From assembly GCA_026025075.1 (NCBI GenBank), contig JAPEUI010000012.1:62001-126000 (forward strand): 64,000 bases of DNA. Direction: 5' to 3'. Shown piece by piece: positions 35,383 to 48,491 of the stretch; the stretch's first letter is position 1, and the number at the start of each line of letters is the position of its first letter. Made by a program: the position numbers and the translations under genes. Under the pieces are notes generated by a model. The model was not told the DNA's origin. It did not search any database and worked only from the letters and a program-made list of their open reading frames with translations. This stretch comes from Vezdaea acicularis (taxonomy: Eukaryota).

Positions 35383-37416
35383 TGAAGTGGCTACGCCTCT
35401 CCTGATGGGTTGTGGAGGAGGGGGGATGTGACACGATTTCGTGATATCTTTGGCAGTGATGATGTCGACTCGCGTCGGCGATCGGCCGAAGTCTTCTCCG
35501 AAGCTTGACGGCATCCCATCAAATCGTTCGCTTCTACTCAAACGCTCGAGCAAATACGTCTTCTTCACCTCAACACTGCAAAATATGGGACATCAGTTAG
35601 ATGTATAAATAAAGTTCAGATTATACTGAAAAATAGAAATCCTAAAATTTGCGACTGAAGCGCTCCTAAATCTAAACGCTTCTCCCGCAACGTGCTTGCT
35701 TTGAAGGCTTTCTTCGAGGAAGAACCTCTCCACCCCTATGTCTTCCTAAGGAGCCACATTTTCCCTTGTTCTCCAGGCCCCTTACATGCCTGTTTTCTTG
35801 TGAGCAGTCGAGGTCATAGATTGTTGGGATACTTATAGATCGATAAGTTCCATTGTAGCAAGCTTTGTTAAGAGGCCTAAAGGGCTTATATTGAGAAACT
35901 GAATTTGGTGTATCAAATGTTGGGCAGCATCAATATGAGGATCCGCAACGTGTCCGCAAGGTTCGAGAAGATCATGCAGACATGGGTGGCATAGCCCATC
36001 AACAAGCAAGGGCTGGTGCCCTGTCGCTGGCCTTGCAACTCTATAGGAGACCCGGCAGACTCCAGATTGCGAGATAGTATCCAAGTACATGTACTGGACT
36101 TGAGTCCGTAATGAAGTCGGGACCACACCATCAGATTAAGTCGGTACATGGAGGTAACTCCATGTAACGAGAACATTAGAGGTAAAGTCTTGTAGCGCAT
36201 TGGCTAGCGCTTTAGCTGCAAAGGCCGAATCGTGGGGCAGCCATCCTTCACTCAATGCCAAGCGAATTGCTACGAAAGGCTTGTAACCATGTCGTCGCCT
36301 TGACGTTGATCGCGCTCAGCATCAGTGATAGTTCGAGATTTCGGGGCGGATCCACCTGATCCTTAGCTATGCGCTGGTCTAAATGGCATCTAGATCTGTC
36401 ACTGGGAGACGGCCCCCTATAGCGTTCATAGCGCATGCCGTGAGGCCGCAGGACGCGTACGCACATGCCCGTGATTACGCTCTGGGGTTCCGATGTAGTC
36501 GATATGTCATCCGAGATAAAAGACAGGAGCGTAGTACAAGGAGTCCTTTGCGACCAGACTGATCCTTCATGTAGCCGTTCTTGAAATGCGATCGGAACAC
36601 TGCTAGGCGAACCTGTGCAGTCTAGGGGGTTCATTCCAGGTTGATGCAATGCACAGGGAGGACATGATCTGCGCATGCGAAAAAGGGTTGCAGTGCAGCG
36701 CGCCTGGCAGTCACAATTCGTGGAGTCGTACATGGCTTCTCCCGACGCGGCGACGTGTTTCAGCACTGGCGCGACTGCTTTGTCGAGTTTCATCTGATGG
36801 ACTCGACGATGCCCTCGGTCGATGCCGATGTCTCAGAGGATTGGGCGTCTTTTTTGGTCGTCGTCCGAGCCTGGCGGTGCAATGGATGGACGACCGACGC
36901 GCAACGTGGGACGAGGGGCCAGTTGGGTGGCTGTGAGCCGGTGACAGTAGTGGCGGTCGCTTAATCCTGGTTCTGCCCGCCGGCGAATGAACTCCTCCTC
37001 TCCACCCCAGCTGCTCGACTTCCAAGGCACGAAAACCACCGCCCATCATCCAGCACCCGCTCTGGCTGCTATCACGCTCTCTTCATTCTCGTACGTCGTC
37101 GCCATTGTCGGTCGTTGAGCGAAGGGCACTGATATCGATGACATTAGCCCTGCGTTCGCTGTTTGCTGTCCGACATACTACCGGGTCGCCTTCCTCCTCA
37201 TTTCTTTGTCGTTCCTTCACGTCGCAATCTCGCATCGCTCCGTCGCAAGAAAGCTTAACCTGCGCCGAGAGTCGACATATCTCTCTTCGACATCTCTCAC
37301 AGCAAACCCCCGCGCTGGATCGCAACCGCTCACCACGGCTGGCTACCAATTGATAGCGGTCGGCTTGGCCGGCGACCTTCATTTCACTCTCTGTTGACTG
37401 CCGTCAATCTGCCATA

Positions 37417-40036
37417 ATGTTACGGCCGGCTACTCCGCTGACGATCCTGCTCTTGGTAGCTTTCATTCTACTACTGCTCTCCGTCATATCGACCCCCTTG
37501 GTCAAGGGCATCCACTTGGCGACCTTTCAAGGCGTGAACTTTGGAGTATTTGGCTATTGTGGACCAGCGTCGTGTAGCGGCATCGAGGTTGGCTACAGCA
37601 CTGGTAAGATTTCTACTACGCGTTTGATCAGACCCTTTTACATTCAATAATATATCTGTACTTTGATATGTTTCTTATATACAAACTCCTAGAACCTACG
37701 ACATATGGTGCTGCTTCAGTATTCTAACAATATTCCTGTAGATGGCCTCTTCAACAGCGATACCGGCGACTTTACTCTACCCTCCAAGACTCGACATTCT
37801 CTCTCATCCCTTCTAATTGTTCATCCTATCGCTGCACTATTCACTTTAATACTCCTCATTCTCTCAGCCTCAGCTCACTTACACTCACCATCACATTCGC
37901 CTAAGTATCTGCTCATCCTTCTCATTCTTACCTTCCCCACAATCCTGCTGTCTCTCTTGGCTTTTCTCGCCGATATCCTCCTATTCCAGCCCCATATGCA
38001 ATGGGGAGTCTGGCTGGTGCTTACGGCAACAATCCTCTTGGTCGCGAGCGGCATAATCACTTGTGCCATGCGAAGAACCCTCGTTAGTAGAAAGGCGCGA
38101 AAGAAACGAATCGCGGAAAATGCAGAGATGAGTGGGGAGAATTACTACAATCGCCAGGCCCAACACCCCGCTGCACCGCCTCCGTTGAGTCAACAGCCAA
38201 CAGCTCCAGTTCTCGATGGAGCTTCTGGAGCGGATAAGCTACCGTCTTTTGCTACCTTCGATTCAACTCGTGACCGGGAAGACGGGACGGTGAGCGAAGA
38301 TCGAATGCCTCTCAACCAACGTACTCCCTCGCAAAACAACCAAGGCGTCGGCATGGCTGTGATGGATGACGAACCCGATCGTTATGGTGCGCCCAGAAGA
38401 CAAGGCACAGGTGGTCCGCCAAGGGGAGGTTACGGGGGGAGAGATGAATTTGGCAATCCATTATCCTCTTCCGCAGCATTTGGGCCTGTAAGATCCCACT
38501 CAGACCCCCGACTACGGATGCAATACGGCAATGGCCGACCACTTGCACCTTCTCCAACAAGCTCTAGTAATAGCTCCCCTTACGGTTCCCGGGGCCGAGG
38601 TGGATATGGCCCGTATGGGCCTCGTGGTGGATACGGACGAGGGGGTCCTCCTGGGCCCTTTCGAGGACCATCGCCTTCTGGTCGAGGTTATGATGAACAA
38701 GGTATACCTTTGGGACCGATGGTGGCCGGTGCAGGTGCTGGTATGGTCGCTGGAGCTATGATGGGACGAGGCGGGCGGGGCGGGCGAGGGCCGCCACCTG
38801 GTTACGCTAATGGCTATGGCGCGCCTCCTGGAAGAGGCGGACCATACGATAATGATCCTCAATACGGGGAAGGCGCCTACCCTCGAAGACAGTCTCCTGG
38901 ACCACCATCTGCACCGGGGTATCGTGGACCCTCACCGGGTCCTCCAATGGCAGGAGAGTATCGAAGGCAGTCCCCAGGACCACCATCTGCTCCTGGATAC
39001 AGAGGTCAATCTCCTGGGACCAACGGAAGAGCTTACCCGCCCAACTTTTATGCTGGCAGAGAGCCTTCGCCAGGCCCGCCCCAAGGGCCACCGCTTGCGG
39101 TAGCTGGAGCTCTTGGCCGAAGAGATAGTCCGGGAATGGCTACCCCAATGCCAACACACCCAGAAGAACATATGGTTGGCCAGGCAGTCGAGATGGATGC
39201 TACCACTGGGAGCCCTTCTCATCCGCCAATAGGCTCAAATGCACTCCGTGATAGTGATGCCGATGTCAGGGGAATGGTCGATATGCAAAGGAACAATGCT
39301 CACCCAATGAGTGGCTCAAGCGTTTACAGTGGTGGCGAGTGAGTTCGCCCTCGACCCCCGTGAAGTTGAACCCAAACTAACCAGCGGTAGTGCGTACATA
39401 CCAGCCCGTGCTAAATGGGCAAACATAAATCAATCGGGTGCCCCCCCAATCGAAACGGCTCAGGCTCAGTCCTCCCCTGTCGAACTCCCTACCTCCGCCC
39501 ACTCCAACACCTCTCCCAACCGCCCCCGCGTCAACTCAGGCGACAACTACTACGAAGACGTCGACCCACGCTTCGCGTCTGAAGACCCCATCCCCGCCAC
39601 CGCCCCCACCGCCGAACTCCCCGCGAGTCTTACAGCCGGCCACGGCGGGCCCCACCCCGCCGACCGCGCCCTCTCGCCCGCCCACCCCCACCAGCAAGGC
39701 CACGCCCTCGAGCACAACCGCTCCTACGAGGAAATGGACGGCCAGCGCAGCCCAACCGCGAGCGATATAAGCCACTTCACGTCCGTCTCACAGCGGGGGG
39801 TGAACCCACAATGGCAACCTCCGCCGCCCCAGCCTCAGCAGCAAATCGGAATGGACGCCCTGCACAGACGGCTCGTCCCGCCCCCGCAGCAGCAGCAACA
39901 GCAACTTCCTCAGCGAGACGTCATTCTCGGCGGAGGCGATTTCGAGATCCCGAACGCTTCGCGCGGAAGGGGAAATAGCATTCCGCGCACGAACGGCGCG
40001 GGAGTGGGTCGTTATCCGACTGGCAATGAGATTTGA
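37417..40036 (+). CDS. palI: pH-response regulator PalI/Rim9 (SUR7 family) with long Gly/Pro-rich tail
   Basis: N-terminus MLRPATPLTILLLVAFILLLLSVISTP...FGVFGYC, then LIVHPIAA and CAMRRTLVSRKARKKRIAENAEMSG. Introns at ~37604-37742 and ~39339-39390. Confidence 0.9.
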
Positions 40037-40657
40037 TATTGCCTCGCGCCCCCCCTTACCAGGGATTCGAACACGGCATTTTGGCATTTTCTGCGAACAC
40101 GACTAGACTTTTTGCGACGATGGGGGCGGATACGGGATTGTTGAGCGGTTGGCTGGCGGGGAGCATGGCGTTTTGATGGAGTTGTCGCCTGGCTCTATCG
40201 TAGCTGGATTGCAATGTAGTTCTCTCTGTTGCAAGACTTTGCAGTGTTTCTTCGTAGCTTCTAGATGGCTCTTTACGCCCAGGCTTTTGGACTTGTGACG
40301 GTCTGGTTCATGTATATACTCTTTGTGGTGGATGGGCCGACTCACGTGGCTGTGGAAGGATGGAGGGGAACGTAAAGACGTGGAACACTTCGACAGCAGA
40401 TAGGCGATCGAGATGGATGGTCACTGGAGAAGAGAAATCGTGCGACAGTGTGAAGTAGCCGGCGAGGCTCCTCCAGCTCATTAGCATTATCTATCTAGAA
40501 AATAAACATAAAGCTATTTCGCCATCCCGTCGCTACATGAAGTCGTATGCATACACATCTAAACATGAAAAGGCGCCATAAGTAAGCGCCTAAACCTTGA
40601 AGCCCGTTCCGGCAACAATGAACAAGAAAGTGAAACCACACGCTTTTGAAAACCCCG

Positions 40658-43225
40658 CTAATACCGAAAGCGTTCCCTGCCCTTCTCCCAGCTCTCATCC
40701 ACCTCTCTCCATACGCCTCTAATCCCCTTTCTGGGCCCGACGCGCTGGACGCCCCAACGCCCGCCCTCGAGCCCAGCCACGAACCAGCGCGCGCGCTCCA
40801 TCTCCCCTCTCGGCGGGGTAACGAGGCGCGTCACGAGATCCACGCGGCCGCGGACATCGCTCCAGAGACTCTCCTTGCGCAGGTCGCCTTCGACGAGGAA
40901 GCTGATTTGTTCTCCGAGTGAGCCGATGGCGTGGGGGAGGTGTAGGTGGCGGCAGCGGCGGCTGAAGAGGGCGAGGGCGGAGGGCACGCCGAGGGCGTAG
41001 AGAGTGACGAAGGCGACGAGGGCGTAGAAAGCGGGGAGGTCTGCGATGACGACGAGGGCGTTGCGCGGGGGCGGGAGGAAGGTTAGCCAGAAGACGCCGC
41101 CTGCTAGGACGGGGAGGGCGAGGGAGAGGAGGGAGAGGAGAGAGAGGAGGGCGATGGCGAAGTCGCGGTTGAGGAGCGCGGTGAATGTTGTGAGGAGCGG
41201 GAGGGAGGCTGTGTAGTCGAGTAGGAGGGAGTGTTCTGCTAGGCTACCGCCTGGAGAGCTGGCGAGCGCGGCCCAAGGCGCAAGGGCGCGGGCGTGTATG
41301 TCTGCTGAGGTTGCGGCGAGGAAGAGGAGGGTTCCGAGTAGGGAGGGCAGGAAGGAGTAGAGGAATGTTGAGGAGGAGAAGCCTGCAGAGGAAGGGAGGG
41401 TGGGGAGGAGGGGTTGGAAGCCTCGTGCGAGGGGCGAGTGCAGGAAAGAGGCGACGAGAAAGGCGAGGAGGAGGATGGTAGCCGTGACGGACCAGAGGAC
41501 TAGGAAGGTAGGGCGGAGAAAAAAGGGGAAGTAGGAGCGTGGGGCAGTGCGGGTCGAGGAGACGCCACTGTAATATTTGGTTCCGCCCGCATGGTCGAGA
41601 GGGGGACCTTTCTTGTCGCCGGTTAGCGTAGTTTTGCCGCGGATGACCGAGTAGCGCCGGGTCGGAGCGCCTTCTTCGCCGATAGCGTGGAAAGTCCGGA
41701 AGGGTTGCGATGTCGTACGCCAGTAGCCTAGACGGGCTGAGGGGCCGGCGATTTGGTGGCGGAAGTCGCGGAGGTTAGGGAGAGTCGAAGTGCCGCTGTA
41801 TGCGGGGCTGAGGTTTGTGCGGTGGAGGAGCACGATGAGGTCTGCGAGCGTGCGTGGGTCTTGTCGGAGGCCTGTTGTTCGATTGCCGATGCAAAGGTAA
41901 ATGGTGAGTGTTATGAATACGATGAAGAGGACTGCGTAGATGGCGATCAAGGTGTAGGCTATCGGCTGTGAGGTGGCCCATCTCCACCTGTCGTCTTCGA
42001 ATTGCGCCACGAAGAGGGCAGAGAGGAGTGGTAATGTGATTGGCGTAATGTATATCACCAGAAGGCATATTCCGATGACAGGCTGACCCGCTCGGAAGTG
42101 TGCGAAGGATGGGAGGAGCAAGGACGTTGGAAAGAGGGGTAGTAGTGTTGCATTTGATCGGAGTCGAGCGCTGGGTGATGCCATTGCAAGAAAAGGCGAG
42201 AGACGGTAGAGGGCAGTTTCAACCATGAACACCCATAGGAGATATATAGCCCCTATGAGTTGTGGTAGGAAGGAGTATACGAAGAAGCGAGAGTTGCCAA
42301 ACCCGTCGTAATCTTGAATTCCGTGTTTCTGCTTGGTTGATACAACGGCTAGGATTAAGAGGGCGAGTATTAATGCTGTGAAAAGCGTAATCCCAATTAG
42401 CTGCGGCAGTCGGAGGATGCTTGGCCGAAATCTTAGTGGTGGGTTTAGATGAGGGTCGGGGGGGTATTCGACAGGGATGAAGACGTCTTCTCCGACTAGG
42501 AAGTTGTCAGTGATCGCGGCCAAGAAAGATAGAACACAATACTAACCGAAAGATTCTGGCCTCTCCAATGATCTCTCCGAAGGATCCTTCTCCCGTTGCG
42601 AGAGATAGCCAAGGCCCTCGTCAGGTACTATCCTTTCAACCGGATATATGGAATCGCTCTCCATGCTGTATCGTCCTCCTTCCCGGCCAATACCTCGTAC
42701 CTCTTCATCTCTAGTCAATTGCTCGATGGCAAACCTGATATATGGCGTATCATCTACGCCAGGCGTAGGTGAGCTTGTCGCACTTTCAACACGCCTCGAG
42801 TTTTGCCTTCTTGGCGGATCTGACTGACGCTGCCGCCTGTCCATATCGCTATCGTTAAACTTTACTACCAGGGGTGTAGTCGAATCTACCCGCGGGCGTT
42901 TAGATACTTTAATGGGTTTTGTCGGTAAAGTCAACTCGGATTGCTTGTTCTCCTGAATCGGTGATACTGAATTGGGGTGCGAAGGTGGGGTCTCCCATCG
43001 AGTGGGCGTCGCACGATCTTCATGACTTGAGAGGTCGGAGGCATAATCTGAGAAGGAATAGTAATCGTCGGATGCCGTGATGGATTGTCGAGAAGATACT
43101 TTGTTGATTCTCGGGTGGCTGACTAGAATTGACAGTATTATCAGTACGACTGGGTCAGTGCTTTAGACTTTTGTAAAAAGGTCCTTACAGTTTACGGAGC
43201 GCAGAGTGGCATCCCCAAGGTTCAT
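40658..43225 (-). CDS. Multi-pass membrane protein, DUF3433-like
   Basis: Two hydrophobic repeats with (F/L)(V/L)YSFLP motifs, plus TGL..DP.TLAD and PYIRFAIEQLTRDE. Likely ATG at 43225; introns at ~43123-43188 and ~42496-42546. Confidence 0.75.
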
Positions 43226-43644
43226 TTCTGTGTGTCGCGAAGCTTTAGACAAGAGTAATTTAGCTTTGCTGCAGGGTAAATCATCGTGCAGGAATGCATT
43301 GGGAGGTATGTGCTCTATTAAGCAACAATATCGTGAGGCTGGGGCCTCTCTCGCAAGTATCGTGGGGCTGGGTATCACCAAGCGATTGGCGAAAACCAGC
43401 CACGCGACAAAGCTTATTCTCAAGAAGCGGGATCGCCATCGCGAAAAGAAGGTTAGTGATGGGGTTTATTGGACTGGACAAATACACCGCTAAACCGAAC
43501 GGTGCACTCTGGCGGAGCTCCTGAATGCAAGTTCTGCGAAGTTTTTGTGGAAGGGTAGGGCTTTCGTCGAGGGTTGATCGTTGTAAACAATTGCCTAGTG
43601 ACGGCGCTAACGTTCATTTGAGAGGCGTAACACCAAAACTGCGT

Positions 43645-43834
43645 CCTCACGTGCCTATATCCTTCAGTCACGTGATAACATACTTTTCGTGTTACGATCG
43701 TCCTCTCAACCAGCATCGCGGCTCCATGCGGGGGGAGGCCTCTGCGATCTATCCATAACGCCCCTCATCTTGACGGTCACCAACACCACGCAAAACCATC
43801 GCCTCACGTGCCTCTCTATTATATCACGTGAATA
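43645..43834. promoter_or_regulatory. Two paired CACGTG E-box modules in a divergent promoter
   Basis: CACGTG at 43648, 43669, 43805 and 43825. Confidence 0.5.
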
Positions 43835-44175
43835 GCAGTTTTTGTGTTACGGTTACCGCACGTTGGGAAGGTGATACGGGACGCCGGCGGCACGCCTGCG
43901 AGCGCTACGTCTCCAACAATTTGATCTTAGACCTGTCTGCAGGGCGGTCACGTCATCATCTATATCAGAATGGCTTGATCAATTCAAGCAGTGCTGTAGC
44001 CACTTACTGAGATACGTCCTATAACAATATGCAACATTAGCGCCGTTATGGCTTCGATACGAAGGACATCTTTGTCATTAATGCGTCATTATATTGTACA
44101 TGATGTAGCAGCCATCATCTCTGGCTTCGCCCCGGCGGCCTCCATATTCTACCCATCTTTACGCACTCTCTCACC

Positions 44176-44818
44176 ATGGATTCTGAACCGCAATCTTATG
44201 AGATCCGCCCGGACCCGCAAGGGCTGACCTCGAATCCGCCAAACAATTCTTCGACGGGAGTTGACTACGAGCCTCACCCTGAACGCTCTGTCGATACATC
44301 TCCGGACCATAAGAAGATTATTCAATCCATATGCAATCTGTATTCAGGCAGCTCCAGTAAGGAGGATATGCAAGTTTACGCAGAAAGAGCCGTTTACGAT
44401 GATCCATGGATCTATTGTGACACAAGATACAAGATAGCCGGTCAATGGTATGGTACGTAGCTCCTCTAGTCGGAAAGTTATCACCGAGCTCCTCAGAAGC
44501 TCAATTAATTGGTTCTGTTTACCAACAGGTATCCCGAAAGTAATGGCTTCCAGCAAGACCATTAAGACTGAGGTAGTCACTTCAACACCGCAAGAGATTA
44601 TTTTCAAGCTGCAGCAGGAATACACGCCGCGCGTATTGCAAACCTCAAAGAAAGTCAACAGCCTGGTATCCTTGTCGCTCGATGAACATGGGAAAGTGAA
44701 ATACCATAAGGATATGTGGAATGAGAAGGATTATTCGCATGAAGGGCTCGGAAAAGTGTTCAAGACCCTGAATGGCGACTATTTGACTGGGATTACGAAA
44801 CCGCCTGGGGATCTGTAG
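44176..44818 (+). CDS. Conserved fungal SnoaL/NTF2-like hypothetical protein
   Basis: Y...AVYDDPW..C.TRY.IAGQWYG|IP...KVKYHKDMWN pattern; one intron at ~44454-44528. Confidence 0.75.
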
Positions 44819-45769
44819 AATATCTGATTCCTTAGTCCCATACTTCGGGATCTTTCTCTATCGTGTCATGGCGCCCGTGAAGTCCCTATCCGCCAAGGTC
44901 TTGTTGATATGATGGCGATTTTTCCATTTCTCAGCTTGGGGGGTCTCTCAATTGTCTTTCATAAGTGAAGTCTATAAGACATGATCAAACTGTCCACTTT
45001 CAAACTAATGTGATATTCGTATCGCGATCTCCTTGATTCATTTCTTGGCCCTAAAGATATTAGAACAACAAACTCGGACCTTCTCGCTTGGGTAAGGAGC
45101 TAAATCCGGGACATGGTCCGTGTCCGAATTATTACCCGTCCAACTGCTCCTTCAGGATTTGATGCACGAATAGTCTTACAATCGCCCCTTCAAGACCATC
45201 GGCATTCGACACAGGTTTCGTAAGGGACTTAATTATTTAAGTCGACCATCTCAGTTTCCTAGTTACTCTAAAATTCAAAGTCTCCTACCAGCTCTCTCTC
45301 CTACAATTTTTGCTTCAGTGAATGTGTTTGGGCCAGATGCCGGAAGCGAAAGTATTCGTGAGACTTCCGAGACTCAGAGGTTCACAAAACCTTACGTGCA
45401 TTCCTCCTGGATTCGACTTTGTTTATTCTCGCAAGGGTGACCAGCTTCGTTGTCAAGAGAAAAGATGAACTGGAGCGGTTATGAGCACGGATCATCGTGG
45501 TTGACCTAACATTGCAAGGTTGGCGATACCGGCTACCTGCTTCGTCTTGCGCACAGCTCACCTTGCCTTGCGACCAAACAAACTTTCCAACCAAGAATCA
45601 CATTGGACCTGCCCGATTTACGCTTTCCTTTTTCCCATCTCTTATTTCTCTGTTCATATTTTAATCTCATCATATGTGAGGGACTCAATTCCCCCGTTCT
45701 ACCACTGGCAGGATAGATAGCTTGGTTTCTAAGTTATACCACAAGCCCAAACTCGACGCTTGGTACACC

Positions 45770-48491
45770 ATGAGGCTCAGCTTCTTTATGGCGGGCCTGT
45801 TGGCAAAAGTCATCTCAGCAAACATCATTTTCAATCACGTTCCGCTGTCCTGTGACCGCATGAGTCAAGCATACACTGGCTGTCTTCGAGGACAACATTG
45901 TACTGAGAATGGAACGTAAGTATTAGCTTCCTTCAAGCCTGAATTAGACTCTGACAAATTCATAGATGCGAAGTGGCCTCAGGAGATCTTTACCCCTCCT
46001 CATTTCGACCTACAACGGGTGAATTGAGCAAACGTGATTATTCAGTAAATGGACAATGCGGACCCAACAATGGCAATCTATTGTGTGACCCAAACGCCAC
46101 TGGCTATACGGGGACCTGTTGCTCTCAATACGGATGGTGTGGAAACACTCCGGCCCACTGGTAGGTGTCCCAGCGTCTACAGAGCCAGGGGAAAATTTCT
46201 GCATTGATACGCCTGGAAGCATGGCCCCTATCGGTCACTTGAGCGGTCTACCGCAGCTTCTAGGTGTAGCAATATGGATTTTCGTACTTGGCTTGTCAGG
46301 TCTGTAGACGTTTCCACTAACTTAAGTTTTAGTGGCGACGGTTGCGTCTCTGGATGTAGTTCATCTAGCCCTTCGTCTTCTGCTGCTCCCACCCAGCCAA
46401 GCTCCAGTACCACCCCCCGCTCCGATGGCCGCTGTGGGCATGACTTTGGTGGCGCGACCTGCGATCCCAAAGGCGCTTATGGCGGCTGTTGTTCCCAATA
46501 TGGTTACTGTGGCTCTACTGACGGACATTGTTCACCAGCAAATGGATGCCAAAACGGATGTGCCGGTGCATCGCAGCCTTCATCAGGAGGAAGTAGTATA
46601 GCACAAAGCCAGCCTCCTTCTTCGACAACAACTGGTGAGCCCGTTATATCATCACCATCCTCCACATCGCAAGCAACAAATGGTGGCGTTACTACCGATG
46701 GGTCGTGTGGCCAAGCGAACGGCGGAACAACTTGCGGCAACTGGCCGCAGGGGTCTTGTTGTTCCATGTATGGGTACTGCGGCAATACAGCCTCCCACTG
46801 TGGGGCCGGATGCCAGTCTGGGCCATGTGCCGGTGGCGCAGCTGCACAAGCGCCTGGCCCTAGTCCGGCCCCAGCAAACCCTAATGGAGGCTCGTTCCAG
46901 ATTGTTGGACAATCTGGGGCTCCTGCCATGCACGCAGGGCTTCTTCCTAACGGGCGTTTCTTCGTCCTCGACAAAGTGGAGAATTATACTCAGATAAAGT
47001 TATCCAATGGTCAATACGCCTATTCTACCGAATATGACCCGGCCACGAATACCTACGTACCCCTTTCCTACGTAAACAACGCTTTCTGTGCTGGGGGATC
47101 GTATCTTGCCGATGGTCGAGTAGTGTCACTAGGAGGCAATGCTCCACTTCCTGATATTGACCCAACTGTAGGGAATGGATTCGACGCTATCCGCTATCTC
47201 TCTCGGTCGTCATCGGACGCCAGTCTTGATGGCCAAGGTTGGTCCGAGCCAGGTAACAAATTGGCAAGCAAGCGTTGGTATCCTTCTGCCCAAACTCTAC
47301 CTGACGGCACTGTCTTTGTTGCGTCTGGGAGTCTTAATGGTTTAGACCCTACAATCTTTGCGAACAATAACCCAACGTGGGAACTCTTGGATTCTCAAGG
47401 GGTCTCCAACGGCGTCAGTGTTCCAATGGATATTTTGGCCAAAAATCAGCCATACTATGTAAGTGTATATTCTCATGACATATATATGAGAAGAATGCTG
47501 ACGAGGTTTTGATCAGATGTACCCATTTATCCATTTGATGAGCGATGGAAACCTCTTTGTGTTTACATCTAAATCATCGGAGAGCTTTAATGTCGGCAGT
47601 AAAACCACCATCAAGGCCTTCCCCGATCTTCCTGGCGATTACCGAACTTATCCTAATACTGGTGGTAGCGTAATGCTACCCCTCTCAAGCAGCAGTCAAT
47701 GGGCCCCTGACATCGTCGTCTGCGGCGGCGGCGCCTACCAAGATATCACTAGTCCCACCGACCCCAGCTGCGGTCGTATCCAGCCTCTTGGCGCAGGAAC
47801 ATGGGAGATGGACTCAATGCCCGAAGGCCGCGGCATGGTTGAGGGCACGATTCTCCCTGACGGGACAGTCATCTGGCTTAATGGCTGCGACCGTGGTGCT
47901 CAAGGCTATGGTCTAGGTGCAAGCCCAACATATGAGGCCCTAATATACGATCCCACCCTGCCCCTTGGCAAGCGATGGACTACTGGTGCTTCATCAACCA
48001 TCGCTCGCATGTATCACTCTGTTGCATTCTTGCTGCTCGATGGCACCTTGCTTGTCACCGGCTCCAACCCAGTCGAGCAGCCTATTCTTCAGCCTTCTGC
48101 GCAGAACCCCTATGTCACCGAATTCCGTGTCGAGGTGTATACTCCGCCCTACCTATCAGGCGATAACGCGAAAAAGCGCCCTACAAATGTCCAGCTTTCG
48201 TCGACCGCTTTGAAAGCAAATGGAGCGCAATTCACTATCTCCTTTACGTGTCCCCAAGGTGCGCAGGGTGTGAAGATCTCATTGTACCATGGCGGTTTTG
48301 TCACGCACTCGGTACATATGGGTCATCGGATGGCCTTCCTCGATAATACAGGCTTCAACGCCGGATCGACGTCACAGACTGTAACCGCCACAATGCCGCC
48401 GAGCTCGAATATTGCTCCACCAGGACCGTATGTCGTCTACGTAGTGGTCGATGGCGTTCCTTCTGTCGGACAGACGGTGCTGGTCTCGTAG
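45770..48491 (+). CDS. Secreted copper radical oxidase (CAZy AA5_1, glyoxal oxidase-like) with three N-terminal CBM18/hevein chitin-binding domains
   Basis: Signal peptide; three CG...C...CCSxYGxCG...HC modules; catalytic motifs NAFCAG, RWYP, RTYP, RMYHS and FVTHS; C-terminal APPG.Y domain; three introns. Confidence 0.93.

Noticed and set aside
35600..37400. Short ORFs between the ABC1 kinase and palI
   Set aside because: No motifs; consistent with a long divergent promoter/UTR.
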